From an uncultured Clostridia bacterium (GTDB taxonomy: Bacteria > Bacillota > Clostridia > Christensenellales > Pumilibacteraceae), in the NCBI GenBank assembly GCA_934270565.1, contig CAKQPR010000005.1:20249-84248 (forward strand): a stretch of DNA of 64,000 nucleotides, written 5' to 3'. Positions 1 through 9,946 of the stretch are shown piece after piece. Under the pieces are notes generated by a model, which saw nothing but the letters and a program-made list of their open reading frames with translations, searched no databases and was not told the DNA's origin. Positions within the stretch are counted from its first letter, which is position 1. Each line of letters begins with the position of its first letter. A program made the translations under genes and the position numbers.

Positions 1-1548
1 CAGGAAGAAGCCAAAGAAGCCCCCGCGCAACCGCCGAAGCGGCTTCCGCAGAACGACAAATACGTCGCGCCGCCGCTTGATCTTCTCGTGACCGAATCGT
101 CTCACGCCGAAACGGACGACGCGAACGCGCAGGGTAAGATCGCGCTTCTGGAAGAAACGCTTTCCACGCTCAACGTTCCCGCAAAGGTTACGGGCGTTAC
201 GGTAGGACCTGCGATAACGCGTTACGAGCTCGATATGCCTATCGGTATGTCCGTTCGTAAAATGGAATCGCTCGCGCCCGATATCCGTTACAGCCTCGCA
301 AGTAAAGGGCAGGTTCGTATCGAATCGCCTATCCCGGGGAAGAGAGCGGTCGGTATCGAGGTTCCGAACGACAAGATTTATACCGTTGCGCTCAAGGATA
401 TACTCGGATCGAAAGAATTCAGAGATTCGCCTTCGCCGCTTACGATAGCGCTCGGCAAGGATATTCAGGGCAAAGTTATGGTAACGCGCCTCGAAAAAAT
501 GCCGCATCTGCTTATCGCCGGCGCAACGAACAGCGGTAAAAGCTCGTGTCTTAACTCTCTTCTTATCGGCTTCCTGTTCAAGGCTTCCCCCGCGGATCTC
601 CGACTTATTCTTATCGACCCGAAACGCGTCGAATTCACCGCTTATAACGGCTTGCCGCACATGTATATTCCTAACGCCATTACCGACGTTGCCGAGGCGA
701 TTAACGCGTTCAAGTGGGCGCACGAGGAAATGGATCGGCGCTTTATAGAACTTCAGAAAAGTCAGGTAAGGAACATTCAGGAATATAACGATCAGCCCGA
801 AGTCAAAGCGGGAAAAATAGCCAAGATGTGCTATATCGTCATAATCGTGGACGAGCTCGCAAACCTTATGATTTCTTCGAAAGAGAACCAGAAAACGCTC
901 GAAGAACTCATTATGGACATTGCGGCTAAGGCGCGCGCGGCGGGTATTCATCTCGTTCTTGCGACTCAGCGCCCGAGCGTAAACGTTATTACGGGTACGA
1001 TCAAGGCAAACCTTCCGAGCCGTATCGCGTTCTCGGTTGCGAGCGCGCAGGACTCCCGTATTATTCTCGACAACAGCGGGGCGGAGTCGCTTCTCGGTCG
1101 CGGCGATATGCTTTTTGCTCCCCTCGATCAGAGCGAGGAAACGCGTATTCAGGGCGCGTTCGTTGAGAACTCCGAAGTTAAAAGCATTGTCGAATACGTT
1201 AAGGAGCACAATTCGACGTATTTCGACGACGATTTCGCGAACGCGATCAAGGCGAAACAGAAAGAAGCTTCGCCCGACGAACCCGCTTCGAGCGAAGAGG
1301 ACGGAGACAATCGCCACGACGAAGAATTCCTCAACGTCGTGCGTTGCGTAATCAAGTGCGGAGCGGCTTCGAGTTCGCTTATTCAGCGCCGTTTCCAGTA
1401 CGGTTTCAACAAAGCCGCGCGAATGATAGACAAGATGGAAGAACTCGGGTTTATCGGACCGCAGAATAATTCCAAACCGCGCGAAGTTTATATCACGAGA
1501 GAAAAGTTCGAAGAATTCTTCGGCGAGCCTTACGACAATAAGCCGTAA
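1..1548 (+). CDS. ftsK: DNA translocase FtsK/SpoIIIE, C-terminal part (5' end lies outside the window)
   Basis: Frame 1 is open from base 1 (..KYVAPPLDLLVTES..), so the track start at 88 is internal. Walker A GATNSGKS, Walker B IVIIVDELA, C-terminal winged-helix gamma domain (LIQRRFQYGFNKAARMIDKMEELG). Confidence 0.92.
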   Translation, partial: QEEAKEAPAQPPKRLPQNDKYVAPPLDLLVTESSHAETDDANAQGKIALLEETLSTLNVPAKVTGVTVGPAITRYELDMPIGMSVRKMESLAPDIRYSLASKGQVRIESPIPGKRAVGIEVPNDKIYTVALKDILGSKEFRDSPSPLTIALGKDIQGKVMVTRLEKMPHLLIAGATNSGKSSCLNSLLIGFLFKASPADLRLILIDPKRVEFTAYNGLPHMYIPNAITDVAEAINAFKWAHEEMDRRFIELQKSQVRNIQEYNDQPEVKAGKIAKMCYIVIIVDELANLMISSKENQKTLEELIMDIAAKARAAGIHLVLATQRPSVNVITGTIKANLPSRIAFSVASAQDSRIILDNSGAESLLGRGDMLFAPLDQSEETRIQGAFVENSEVKSIVEYVKEHNSTYFDDDFANAIKAKQKEASPDEPASSEEDGDNRHDEEFLNVVRCVIKCGAASSSLIQRRFQYGFNKAARMIDKMEELGFIGPQNNSKPREVYITREKFEEFFGEPYDNKP

Positions 1549-1574
1549 GCAGAGAGGAGACACAAAGGAGTCGT

Positions 1575-2858
1575 ATGACGAAAAAGATTGCCGTCGTGTC
1601 GCTCGGTTGCGACAAAAACCGCGTCGACACCGAAAAAATTTTATATTACCTTTCGTCCGGAGATTACGAAATCACTTCCGATTATTCCGAAGCGCAAATT
1701 ATTATCGTCAACACCTGCGCGTTCATCGAAAGCGCGAGGAAAGAGGCGATAGATACGGTGCTCGAAATGGCGCGGTATAAAGAAACGGGAGCGTGCGAAC
1801 TTCTGATAGTGGCGGGTTGCCTCGTTCAGAAATACCGCGACGAATTGAAAGAGGCGCTCACCGAAGCTGACGTTTTCCTCGGACTTGACGAATACTCGGA
1901 TATTCGCATGATTATCGAAAAGACCGAAATTGTCGAAAATCAACGCGAAGGCAGAATTCTTACCACGCCGCCGCATTACGCCTATCTTCGGATAGCCGAC
2001 GGCTGCAACAACTTCTGCACGTTCTGCACCATTCCTTCGATACGCGGAAAATATCGTTCCGTGCCGATCGAGGAACTTGTTTCGGAAGCGAAAAGGTTGT
2101 CGGACGACGGGGTGCGCGAGCTTGTTCTCATAGCGCAGGACGTTACGGCTTACGGTAAAGATCTTTACGGCGCGCCGTCTCTGCCGAGGCTTCTTCGCGA
2201 GCTCGTCAAGCTTGATTTCAAGTGGATACGGCTTATGTACTGTTATCCCGAGCTTGTAACGGACGAACTTCTCGATCTTATCGCAAACGAGGAAAAGATC
2301 GCGAAATACATCGACGTACCGATGCAGCACGTTTCGGACGCGGTGCTTAAACGTATGGGGCGTCGCAGTTCTTACGCCGAGCTTACCGAGCTCATGGAAA
2401 AGCTCGACGAACGAAAAATCGCGTTGAGAACGACGTTTATGGTCGGATTTCCCGACGAAACGGAAGAGGATTTCAAACTGCTTTGCGATTTTACCGAAAA
2501 ATATAAACCCGCCCGCGTGGGCATATTCGCTTACAGTAAAGAAGAGGGAACGCCGTCGTGTAAGCTGAAAGGACAGATCCCCAAATCAGTCAAGCTGAAA
2601 CGTGTAAACGCGCTCGGGAAGATCTATCTCAATTGCGTCAAAAAGCGTAACGCCGAACTTGTCGGAAAAACGCTCGAAGTCGTGTATGAAGATATGGACT
2701 ACGATCGTGGGTGTTTTGTGGGAAGAACGCAGTATGACGCGCCCGAAATCGACGCAAACGTTTACTTTACGGGCGATTTCGCGGACGTGGGGAATTTTTA
2801 TAACGTCAGGATCACCGGCTACGACGGATACGACCTTATAGGAGAGATCGAAAAATGA
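1575..2858 (+). CDS. rimO: Ribosomal protein S12 methylthiotransferase RimO (radical SAM)
   Basis: N-terminal VSLGCDKNRVDTE, radical-SAM CNNFCTFC (CX3CX2C), FAYSKEEGTP, C-terminal TRAM-like domain. AAAGGAG RBS upstream. ftsK-rimO-pgsA synteny. Confidence 0.88.
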   Translation: MTKKIAVVSLGCDKNRVDTEKILYYLSSGDYEITSDYSEAQIIIVNTCAFIESARKEAIDTVLEMARYKETGACELLIVAGCLVQKYRDELKEALTEADVFLGLDEYSDIRMIIEKTEIVENQREGRILTTPPHYAYLRIADGCNNFCTFCTIPSIRGKYRSVPIEELVSEAKRLSDDGVRELVLIAQDVTAYGKDLYGAPSLPRLLRELVKLDFKWIRLMYCYPELVTDELLDLIANEEKIAKYIDVPMQHVSDAVLKRMGRRSSYAELTELMEKLDERKIALRTTFMVGFPDETEEDFKLLCDFTEKYKPARVGIFAYSKEEGTPSCKLKGQIPKSVKLKRVNALGKIYLNCVKKRNAELVGKTLEVVYEDMDYDRGCFVGRTQYDAPEIDANVYFTGDFADVGNFYNVRITGYDGYDLIGEIEK

Positions 2859-3433
2859 AAAAACTGAATTTGCCGACTAAAATAACGGTTACGCGGCTTG
2901 TGCTCATTCCGTTCTTCGTTGCGTGTTTTCTTATCGCGTTTCCGTATCACGAGCTTGTCGCGACGGCGCTGTTCGTGATAGCGAGCGTTACCGACTGGCT
3001 TGACGGACACCTTGCGCGCAAGTACAATCAAGTTACGACCCTCGGAAAATTTCTCGATCCCGTAGCCGACAAACTTCTGGTCTGTTCGGCGCTCGTTCTC
3101 GCGGCGACGATCGGCAACGAATTCACTTATGCGATTGTGGTTGCGGCGATCGTGATTATCGCGCGCGAACTTATAATTACTTGTTTCAGAACGATAGCGG
3201 CGACGAAAAACGTGATTATGGCGGCGGACAAACTCGGAAAGATCAAAACCGCAACGCAGCTTTTCGGCTTGTCGTTCTACCTTCCGTACCGCACGTTCGC
3301 GGAATTCAACGCGACTTTCGGCGCAGTGCTTATGTACGCGGGGTTTGCGCTTCTGATGATCGCAACGTTGTTTACTATTCTTTCGGCGATCAATTATATA
3401 GTCAAGAATAAAGGCGTTCTCGGCGATGATTGA
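2855..3433 (+). CDS. pgsA: CDP-diacylglycerol--glycerol-3-phosphate 3-phosphatidyltransferase
   Basis: CDP-alcohol phosphatidyltransferase motif DWLDGHLARKYNQVTTLGKFLDPVADK. Multi-TM protein. ATG overlaps the rimO stop. Confidence 0.92.
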   Translation: MKKLNLPTKITVTRLVLIPFFVACFLIAFPYHELVATALFVIASVTDWLDGHLARKYNQVTTLGKFLDPVADKLLVCSALVLAATIGNEFTYAIVVAAIVIIARELIITCFRTIAATKNVIMAADKLGKIKTATQLFGLSFYLPYRTFAEFNATFGAVLMYAGFALLMIATLFTILSAINYIVKNKGVLGDD

Positions 3434-3911
3434 CGAAACAACGCAAAAACTCGCCCTCGAGGTGGTAAAAACTCTGTCGGAACGCGGCGAAACGCTTGTA
3501 ACGGCGGAATCGTTCACGGGCGGCGGAATTGCTTCGGCGATAGTGTCCGTTGCGGGCGCGAGCAAGATTTTGCGCGAAGGACTCGTGACGTACACTGTCG
3601 ATTCGAAAGTTTTGCGGCTCGGAGTAAATCGCGATACGGTCGAAAAATTCGGAGTGGTAAGCGAGGAAGTCGCGCTCGAAATGGCGCGCGGCGCGCTTGC
3701 TTCGCCGCTGAAACCCGATTATGCGGTGTCTGCCACGGGAAACGCCGGACCGTCGACCGAACCGAATACCGATCCTTGCGTAGGATTTGTTGCGGTAGCG
3801 GGGAAGGGCGGTGAAACGGCGATTAAATTAGCGCTTGACGGCGACAGAGGGCAGAATATCGAAAAAGGTGTAAAAAACGCGCTTGCCGCGTTACTTAATA
3901 TGATAAAATAA
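3426..3911 (+). CDS. cinA: CinA C-terminal domain protein / nicotinamide-nucleotide amidohydrolase (PncC-like)
   Basis: [10 protein letters not shown] motif. 161 aa, so only the PncC-type domain. Sits directly upstream of recA as in many Firmicutes. Confidence 0.85.
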   Translation: MIDETTQKLALEVVKTLSERGETLVTAESFTGGGIASAIVSVAGASKILREGLVTYTVDSKVLRLGVNRDTVEKFGVVSEEVALEMARGALASPLKPDYAVSATGNAGPSTEPNTDPCVGFVAVAGKGGETAIKLALDGDRGQNIEKGVKNALAALLNMIK

Positions 3912-3928
3912 ACGAGAGGAGAAAAGAT

Positions 3929-5026
3929 ATGGAAAAGAAGGATAAGAAGAAAACCTCGGTTATCGACGCGAATATGTCCAAAGAGGAAAAAGAACGCGCG
4001 CTCGAGGACGCCATTGCTCAGATCAACAAGACCCACGGTAGCGGCTCGATTATCAGAATGACCGACGCGGCGGTGGACAAGGTTGACGTTATTTCGACCG
4101 GTTGTCTCGCAATCGACCTTGCGCTCGGCATAGGCGGACTTCCGCGCGGCAGAATAGTCGAGATTTACGGACCCGAGTCCAGCGGTAAAACCACGCTTTC
4201 GCTTCACGTTATCGCCGAAGCGCAGAAGGCGGGCGGCAACGTCGCGTTCATCGACGCGGAACACGCGCTCGATCCCGTTTACGCAAGCCGCCTCGGTATC
4301 GACCTTGCGAGACTTTATATTTCTCAGCCCGACAACGGCGAGCAGGCGCTCGACATTACCGAGTCGCTCGTAAGAAGCGGAGCGCTCGACGTAATCGTTA
4401 TCGACTCGGTTGCGGCGCTTACCCCGAAGGTCGAAATCGACGGGGAAATGGGCGAGAGTCACGTCGGACTTCAGGCGCGTCTTATGTCTCAGGCGCTCCG
4501 CAAGCTCGCCGGCGTTTGCAACAAGGCGAAAACGTGCATAATTTTCATCAACCAGCTTCGCGAAAAAGTCGGAGTTATGTACGGAAATCCCGAAGTTACC
4601 CCCGGCGGCAAAGCGCTTAAATTCTATTCGTCCGTTCGTATCGACGTCCGCAAGGGCGAGGCGATCAAGAACGGCGCGGAAGTGATCGGAAACAAGACGA
4701 AGATCAAGATCGTCAAGAACAAGATGGCGCCGCCTTTCAGAACGGCGGAAGTCGAAATTATTTACGGCAAGGGTATCAGCAGCGAAGGATCGCTTCTCGA
4801 GCTCGCCATTCAGTTCGATATCGTTCACAAGAGCGGTTCGTGGTTCAGCTACAACGACGAGCGCTTGGCTCAGGGTAAAGACGCGGTCAGAAGCCTCCTC
4901 GAACAGAACAAGGAGCTTTATAACGAAATCGAAGCCAAAGTCCGCGCGGCGGCTACCGAAAACTCGGATTTGCTCGAAATCGGAGTGGACGATAGCGACG
5001 AAAACGAGAATTTATCGGAAGAATAA
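3929..5026 (+). CDS. recA: Recombinase RecA
   Basis: Walker [44 protein letters not shown]; full length. Confidence 0.98.
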   Translation: MEKKDKKKTSVIDANMSKEEKERALEDAIAQINKTHGSGSIIRMTDAAVDKVDVISTGCLAIDLALGIGGLPRGRIVEIYGPESSGKTTLSLHVIAEAQKAGGNVAFIDAEHALDPVYASRLGIDLARLYISQPDNGEQALDITESLVRSGALDVIVIDSVAALTPKVEIDGEMGESHVGLQARLMSQALRKLAGVCNKAKTCIIFINQLREKVGVMYGNPEVTPGGKALKFYSSVRIDVRKGEAIKNGAEVIGNKTKIKIVKNKMAPPFRTAEVEIIYGKGISSEGSLLELAIQFDIVHKSGSWFSYNDERLAQGKDAVRSLLEQNKELYNEIEAKVRAAATENSDLLEIGVDDSDENENLSEE

Positions 5027-5047
5027 CCGTTTCGCGGCTCAGAATTC

Positions 5048-5076
5048 TTGACATTTTATACAAATTGTTGTATCAT
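5048..5076 (+). promoter_or_regulatory. Sigma-A-type promoter for rny: TTGACA-17-TATCAT
   Basis: TTGACA 5048-5053, 17-nt spacer, TATCAT 5071-5076, read directly from the sequence. Confidence 0.5.
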
Positions 5077-5077
5077 T

Positions 5078-5116
5078 ATAAGCAGGTGCGGTATGGCATC
5101 TGCTTATTTGTTTTTG
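5078..5116 (+). terminator. Intrinsic terminator after recA
   Basis: 10-12 bp stem (5078/5080-5089 pairs with 5096-5105/5107), 6-nt loop, then TTTGTTTTTG. Confidence 0.7.
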
Positions 5117-5195
5117 ATCACAGGTTAGACGAGAACCGCAAGATTTAATACAGATACGACATATTCATTTAATTTATAGGAGGACGAAACGCATA

Positions 5196-6797
5196 ATGAT
5201 TTTTAACGGATCATTGTCGTTTTTCGCGTCCGCTCTTCCCGTATGGCTTCCCATTGTCATCGGCGTCGCCGCTCTCGTCATCGGCGCGGTTGCCGGTATT
5301 TTGATATACGGAATTATTACAGGTAAGAAAATCGGAAGTGCTGAAAAAACGGCTAAAAAAGTAATCGAGGAGGCTTACGCCAAAGCGAGCGCCGCGCGGA
5401 AGGAAGCTCTTTTGGAATCGAAAGAGGAAATTCACCGCGAGCGCGTGGAATTCGACCGCGAAGTGAAAGATCGTCGCAACGAATTGCAACGCTCGGAACA
5501 GCGTAACGCGCAAAAGGAAGAACTTCTCGAAAAGAAAGAGGACGCTCTCGACAAAAAACTCGAAGCGGCGGAGCAGTCGAAAAAAGACCTCGCCGAGCGC
5601 GAACACAAGATTGCCGAAAAACAGGCGAAAGTGGACGCGGCTCACGACAACATTATCGCAGAGCTTGAAAAAGTTGCGCAAATGACGCGCGACGAAGCGA
5701 AAAAGATTCTTATCGACAACCTCGAAGAAGAGGCTAAACGCGACGCGGTGAAAACCGTTCGCGAAATCGAGGCTCAGGCGAAAGAGGAAGCGGACAAAAA
5801 GGCTCAAAATATCGTTTCTATGGCGGTTCAGCGTTGCGCGGTGGATCATTCCGCCGAAATCACCGTTTCCGTCGTCAATCTTCCCAACGACGATATGAAA
5901 GGTCGTATTATCGGAAGAGAGGGACGTAATATCCGCGCGCTCGAAAACGCGACGGGCGTCGATCTCATTATCGACGACACCCCCGAAGCGGTCGTGCTCT
6001 CCGGTTTCGATCCGGTTCGCAGAGAAGTGGCGCGTATCACGCTCGAAAAGCTTATAGCGGACGGTCGTATTCACCCCGCGCGCATCGAAGAAACGGTCGA
6101 AAAAGTTCGCCGCGACCTCGATATTCAGATCAAGGAAGCGGGCGAGGCGGCAATGTTCGAAACGGGCGTGTTTAATATTCACCCCGACCTTGTAAAGCTT
6201 CTCGGCAGACTTAAATACAGAACGAGCTACGGACAGAACGTGCTTCGTCACTCGATCGAAGTTTCGCACCTTGCCGGAATTATGGCGGCGGAACTCGGCG
6301 CGGACGTAAACCTTGCAAAGCGCGCGGGACTTCTGCACGATATCGGTAAGGCGATCGATCACGAAGTCGAAGGGACGCATATCACTATCGGCGCCGACCT
6401 TGCCAAGAAATACAAGGAAAGCAAAGAGGTTATTCACTGTATTGCCGCTCACCATAACGACATCGAACCGCAGTCGGTCGAAGCGGTGCTCATTCAGTGC
6501 GCGGACGCTATCAGCGGAAGCCGCCCCGGAGCACGCCGCGAATCGCTTGAAAATTACGTCAAGCGTCTCGAAAAGCTCGAGGAAATCGCGAACAGCCATA
6601 ACGGAGTCGAAAAATCGTTCGCTATTCAGGCGGGCAGAGAAGTTCGTATTATGGTTAAACCCGAGGTCGTGGATGACGCCGGAACGGTATTCCTTGCTAA
6701 AGAAATCGCAAAGCAGATCGAGAGCGAAATGGATTACCCCGGACAAATCAAAGTCAACGTCGTGCGCGAAATGCGCAGCGTAGAGTTTGCAAAATAA
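5196..6797 (+). CDS. rny: Ribonuclease Y
   Basis: N-terminal TM helix, long coiled coil, KH motif [17 protein letters not shown] domain LLHDIGK. Follows recA as in Bacillus. Confidence 0.96.
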   Translation: MIFNGSLSFFASALPVWLPIVIGVAALVIGAVAGILIYGIITGKKIGSAEKTAKKVIEEAYAKASAARKEALLESKEEIHRERVEFDREVKDRRNELQRSEQRNAQKEELLEKKEDALDKKLEAAEQSKKDLAEREHKIAEKQAKVDAAHDNIIAELEKVAQMTRDEAKKILIDNLEEEAKRDAVKTVREIEAQAKEEADKKAQNIVSMAVQRCAVDHSAEITVSVVNLPNDDMKGRIIGREGRNIRALENATGVDLIIDDTPEAVVLSGFDPVRREVARITLEKLIADGRIHPARIEETVEKVRRDLDIQIKEAGEAAMFETGVFNIHPDLVKLLGRLKYRTSYGQNVLRHSIEVSHLAGIMAAELGADVNLAKRAGLLHDIGKAIDHEVEGTHITIGADLAKKYKESKEVIHCIAAHHNDIEPQSVEAVLIQCADAISGSRPGARRESLENYVKRLEKLEEIANSHNGVEKSFAIQAGREVRIMVKPEVVDDAGTVFLAKEIAKQIESEMDYPGQIKVNVVREMRSVEFAK

Positions 6798-6801
6798 CGA
6801 T

Positions 6802-6832
6802 AAAACCCCGATCGGTTGCGGTCGGGGTTTCA
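6802..6832. terminator. Bidirectional hairpin between the convergent rny and araC-family genes
   Basis: AAACCCCGATCG/CGGTCGGGGTTT, a 12-bp stem (one G-U) with a GTTG loop, flanked by A/T runs. Confidence 0.65.
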
Positions 6833-6833
6833 T

Positions 6834-7703
6834 TTAAGCCTTTTTCGCGGAGCGGAACGCTTTCGGTGTCGTTCCCGTGACTTTTTTGAAAATCTTGTTG
6901 AAGTTAGCCGTGTTGTTGAAACCGCACTCGTTTGCGATCGTAAGCACGTTTTTATCCGGTTCTTCGCCGAGTTTGCGCTTTGCCGCGTCAACGCGTTTTA
7001 TCGAAATGTAATCCCAGATTTTCATTCCGTAGTACGATTTGAACAGAGAGCAAAAATAATTCGGGCTGAACGACGCGACCGCGGCAATTTCTCCGAGCGT
7101 CAGATCCTCGGTGAGCCGCTCGTTTACATATAATACGGCGTCGTTTATCCGCGAAAAGATCTCCTGATTTACCGAAATTCCGCGCTCGGTTTCGTCGCAA
7201 AAGCCGTATTCGCGATAAATCGTGATCAGAACGTCCACAAGCATAAATTTTACGAGGTTTTCGTATTCGGGTCGGCGTTCGCGCAGTTCGTCGTTTATCG
7301 CTTTTATGCGTGCCGAAACGTATTTCGTGAACGGAGAAGCGGGGTCGAGGCGGTTTTCGAAACTTTCGTTGCGATCGAGGAATATCCGCATAAAGTCGGC
7401 GCTCAGAAAACTCCCGAAAATATAAGACGGATCGAACTTGACGTTGATGATCTTCATTCCGTCGCCGTAAATGTCGGTTATGCAATGCTGCTCGTTTGTC
7501 GAAAATATGAATACGTCGCCCGTTTCGATATCGTAAGTCTTTCCCGCTTCGTATCTTCCCGAGCCTTCGGCAATCGTCGAAATCTCAAATGAAACGTGAT
7601 TGTGTTTGCGGTATGCTCCGCGGCGCGGTGCGGCTACGGAAACGTAACTTGAAAGTTGTTCGTTTCCCGCGGAATCTTTAATCATAAGAATTTCGTTCGT
7701 CAT
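6834..7703 (-). CDS. AraC family transcriptional regulator (cupin sensor + HTH)
   Basis: N-terminal cupin-like domain. C-terminal AraC HTH (LTLGEIAAVASFSPNYFCSLFK ... IANECGFNNTANFNKIFKKVTGTTPKAFR). Confidence 0.9.
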   Translation of the reverse strand: MTNEILMIKDSAGNEQLSSYVSVAAPRRGAYRKHNHVSFEISTIAEGSGRYEAGKTYDIETGDVFIFSTNEQHCITDIYGDGMKIINVKFDPSYIFGSFLSADFMRIFLDRNESFENRLDPASPFTKYVSARIKAINDELRERRPEYENLVKFMLVDVLITIYREYGFCDETERGISVNQEIFSRINDAVLYVNERLTEDLTLGEIAAVASFSPNYFCSLFKSYYGMKIWDYISIKRVDAAKRKLGEEPDKNVLTIANECGFNNTANFNKIFKKVTGTTPKAFRSAKKA

Positions 7704-7734
7704 AAGATAGTTTGCAAATCTTGTAATATAGTTG

Positions 7735-7763
7735 TGGACTTATTTTTCGTAAGGTATTATAAT
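7735..7763 (+). promoter_or_regulatory. Candidate promoter for the dehydratase-SDR-RraA operon: TGGACT-17-TATAAT
   Basis: Consensus -10 and a weak -35, as expected for an activator-dependent promoter. Divergent from the AraC gene. Confidence 0.4.
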
Positions 7764-7833
7764 TTGAGTATATCCGATGTGAGGATAAAAGTCAATCGAA
7801 TTCGGATAAATAGGCGAAAAACAAGGAGAATTT

Positions 7834-9198
7834 ATGAACCTTAACGAAAAAATCGAAACGAACGTAAACGTTTGTTCGGCTCCGTCCGACCTTAAAATAA
7901 CGGATTTGCGCGTTTGCAACGTGGACGGCATACCGAAACATTGCATACTGCTCAAAATCTTTACGAATCAGGGAATCGTGGGTTACGGCGAAGTCCGCGA
8001 CGCGTCCAGCGCGACTTACGCGCTTATGCTCAAAAGTCGTATTATGGGCGAAAACCCGCTTAACGTCGAGAAGATTTTCAAACGCATCCGTCAGTTCGGC
8101 GGACCGTCCCGTCAGGGCGGCGGCGTTTCGGGTATCGAAATCGCGCTTTGGGATATTATAGGAAAAGCCTACGGCGTGCCCGTTTATCAGTTGCTCGGCG
8201 GCAAATATCGCGATAAAGTCCGTATTTACTGCGACACCGACGTTGACGGCAAACACACCGGCGCGGATATGGGCAGAGCGCTCAAAAAACGTATGGACGC
8301 CGGTTTTACGTTCCTTAAAATGGACCTCGGCATCGAGCTTATGCTTGACGAAGAAGGCTGTCTTAATGCTCCCGCGGGTTTCCTCGAAGACATAAAGAAG
8401 TATTCGATGAAAGCCATCAATCATCAGAAAGGCTCGATCGACCGCGATATGATGCTTGGAAAAAACTACGAAGTTTTCACCATTCTGCACCATGCGACGG
8501 GTATTCATATTACCGAAAAGGGGCTCGACTACCTCGAAAACTACGTTCGCGAAGTCCGCGAGGTAATCGGATATGAAATTCCGCTCGCTATAGATCATAT
8601 CGGACACGTTTCGGCTAACGATATTATTCGTCTTTGCCGCCGCCTCGAAAAATACAACCTCGCGTGGGCTGAGGACGTTGCGCCTTGGCATTACACCGAG
8701 CACTTCAAAAAGATCGCGGATTCGACCACCGTTCCCATTTGCACGGGTGAAGATATTTACCTTGCCGAAAACTTTGAGCCGCTTATGTCTTGCGGCGGCG
8801 TTTCGATGGTCCATCCCGACGTGCTCACTATCGGCGGTCTCGGCGAAATGAAAAAGCTCGACGCTATGTGCGATCGTTACGGCGTCGGTATGGCTATTCA
8901 TATGGCGGAAAGCCCGATCGGCTGTCTCGCCGCAATCCACGCCGCGGCGGCAATCCAGAACGTTATGGCGGTTGAATTCCATTCGATCGATTGCCCCGAG
9001 TGGCAGGATCTTGCGATCGGACTTAAAAAGCCATTCATCAAGGACGGTTTTGTGGACGTTCCCGAAAAGGCGGGGCTCGGACTTGACGGACTTGACGAAG
9101 AATTCATCAAGGAGCATATCCATAAGATTTACACCGGACAGTGGGAAGCCACGACCGAATGGGATAAAGAATGGGCAAACGACAGAACTTGGTCGTGA
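7834..9198 (+). CDS. Enolase-superfamily (mandelate racemase/muconate lactonizing) enzyme, acid-sugar dehydratase-like
   Basis: N-terminal capping domain (GIVGYGEV), barrel with candidate metal ligands in LAIDHIGH / WAEDVAP / CTGEDIY. 454 aa, with an insertion after FLKMDLG. Confidence 0.85.
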   Translation: MNLNEKIETNVNVCSAPSDLKITDLRVCNVDGIPKHCILLKIFTNQGIVGYGEVRDASSATYALMLKSRIMGENPLNVEKIFKRIRQFGGPSRQGGGVSGIEIALWDIIGKAYGVPVYQLLGGKYRDKVRIYCDTDVDGKHTGADMGRALKKRMDAGFTFLKMDLGIELMLDEEGCLNAPAGFLEDIKKYSMKAINHQKGSIDRDMMLGKNYEVFTILHHATGIHITEKGLDYLENYVREVREVIGYEIPLAIDHIGHVSANDIIRLCRRLEKYNLAWAEDVAPWHYTEHFKKIADSTTVPICTGEDIYLAENFEPLMSCGGVSMVHPDVLTIGGLGEMKKLDAMCDRYGVGMAIHMAESPIGCLAAIHAAAAIQNVMAVEFHSIDCPEWQDLAIGLKKPFIKDGFVDVPEKAGLGLDGLDEEFIKEHIHKIYTGQWEATTEWDKEWANDRTWS

Positions 9199-9206
9199 GG
9201 TGAAGT

Positions 9207-9935
9207 ATGTTTGATTTAACGGGGAAAACCGCGATAGTTACGGGCTCGACGCAGGGCATCGGAAAAGCCGTTGCCGCCGCTATGGTTAAGCAGGGCGCGA
9301 AAGTGTTCGTGCATTGCTCGTCGGACTTGAGTAAAGCCGAGCGGATCAAAAACGAAATCGGTGCGTTCGGCGCGGCAGTAGCCGACCTCGGAAACGAAGC
9401 CGAGGTTCGCGCGCTCGCCGAAAAAACGGGTGCGGTCGATATTTTCGTTCAGAACGCAAGCGTTCAGTTCCGTAAGCCTTGGAACGAAATCACGAGCGAA
9501 GAATTCGATCGTCAGGTAGCCGTAAATTTCAAAAGCACAGTGATTTTAACCCAACTTTACGGTAAAAAAATGGTTGAAAAGGGCTTCGGGCGAATTGTTA
9601 CGATCGGAAGCGTTCAGCAGTTCAAGCCGCATAAAGATATGGCGATCTACGCCGCAACGAAAAGCGCGGTTATGAATTACGTTACAAACCTCGCAAAACA
9701 GCTTGCGCCTTACGGCGTGACCGTAAACAACGTTGCCCCCGGGGTTATAGCGACGCCGCGTAATGCGGACGCGCTCGCCGATCCCGAGTACGCCGCAAAG
9801 GTTTACGCGGGTATTCCGATGAATCGCGCGGGAGAAGCGTGCGAGCTTGCGGGTGCGGTCGTGCTTCTTGCGAGCGACGAGGGCGCTTATATAACGGGCG
9901 TAAACATCGACGTTGACGGCGGAATGAAGTTATAA
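9207..9935 (+). CDS. SDR family oxidoreductase
   Basis: TGSTQGIGKA (TGxxxGIG) cofactor motif and YAATKSA (YxxxK) catalytic motif. 242 aa. Confidence 0.93.
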   Translation: MFDLTGKTAIVTGSTQGIGKAVAAAMVKQGAKVFVHCSSDLSKAERIKNEIGAFGAAVADLGNEAEVRALAEKTGAVDIFVQNASVQFRKPWNEITSEEFDRQVAVNFKSTVILTQLYGKKMVEKGFGRIVTIGSVQQFKPHKDMAIYAATKSAVMNYVTNLAKQLAPYGVTVNNVAPGVIATPRNADALADPEYAAKVYAGIPMNRAGEACELAGAVVLLASDEGAYITGVNIDVDGGMKL

Positions 9936-9946
9936 GGAGAAATAAA

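Noticed and set aside
1037-1355. Short overlapping ORFs of 60-170 aa from the track that lie inside or opposite well-supported genes. Examples are 1037-1351, 6313-6783, 21032-21562, 23688-24173, 29938-30609 and 42033-42494.
   Set aside because: They lie out of frame or antisense within conserved genes, are Arg/Ser/Pro-rich as expected of off-frame translation, and lack an RBS.
3400-3928. A search for a Firmicutes LexA/DinR box (CGAAC-N4-GTTCG) upstream of recA.
   Set aside because: None was found in the 17-bp cinA-recA gap or in the cinA/pgsA 3' regions I scanned. recA appears to be co-transcribed with the upstream genes, so no SOS box is claimed.
5059-5074. Inverted repeat ATACAA-ATTG-TTGTAT inside the spacer of the rny promoter.
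   Set aside because: The arms are short and AT-rich, there is no match to an operator consensus I know, and there is no second copy in the window.
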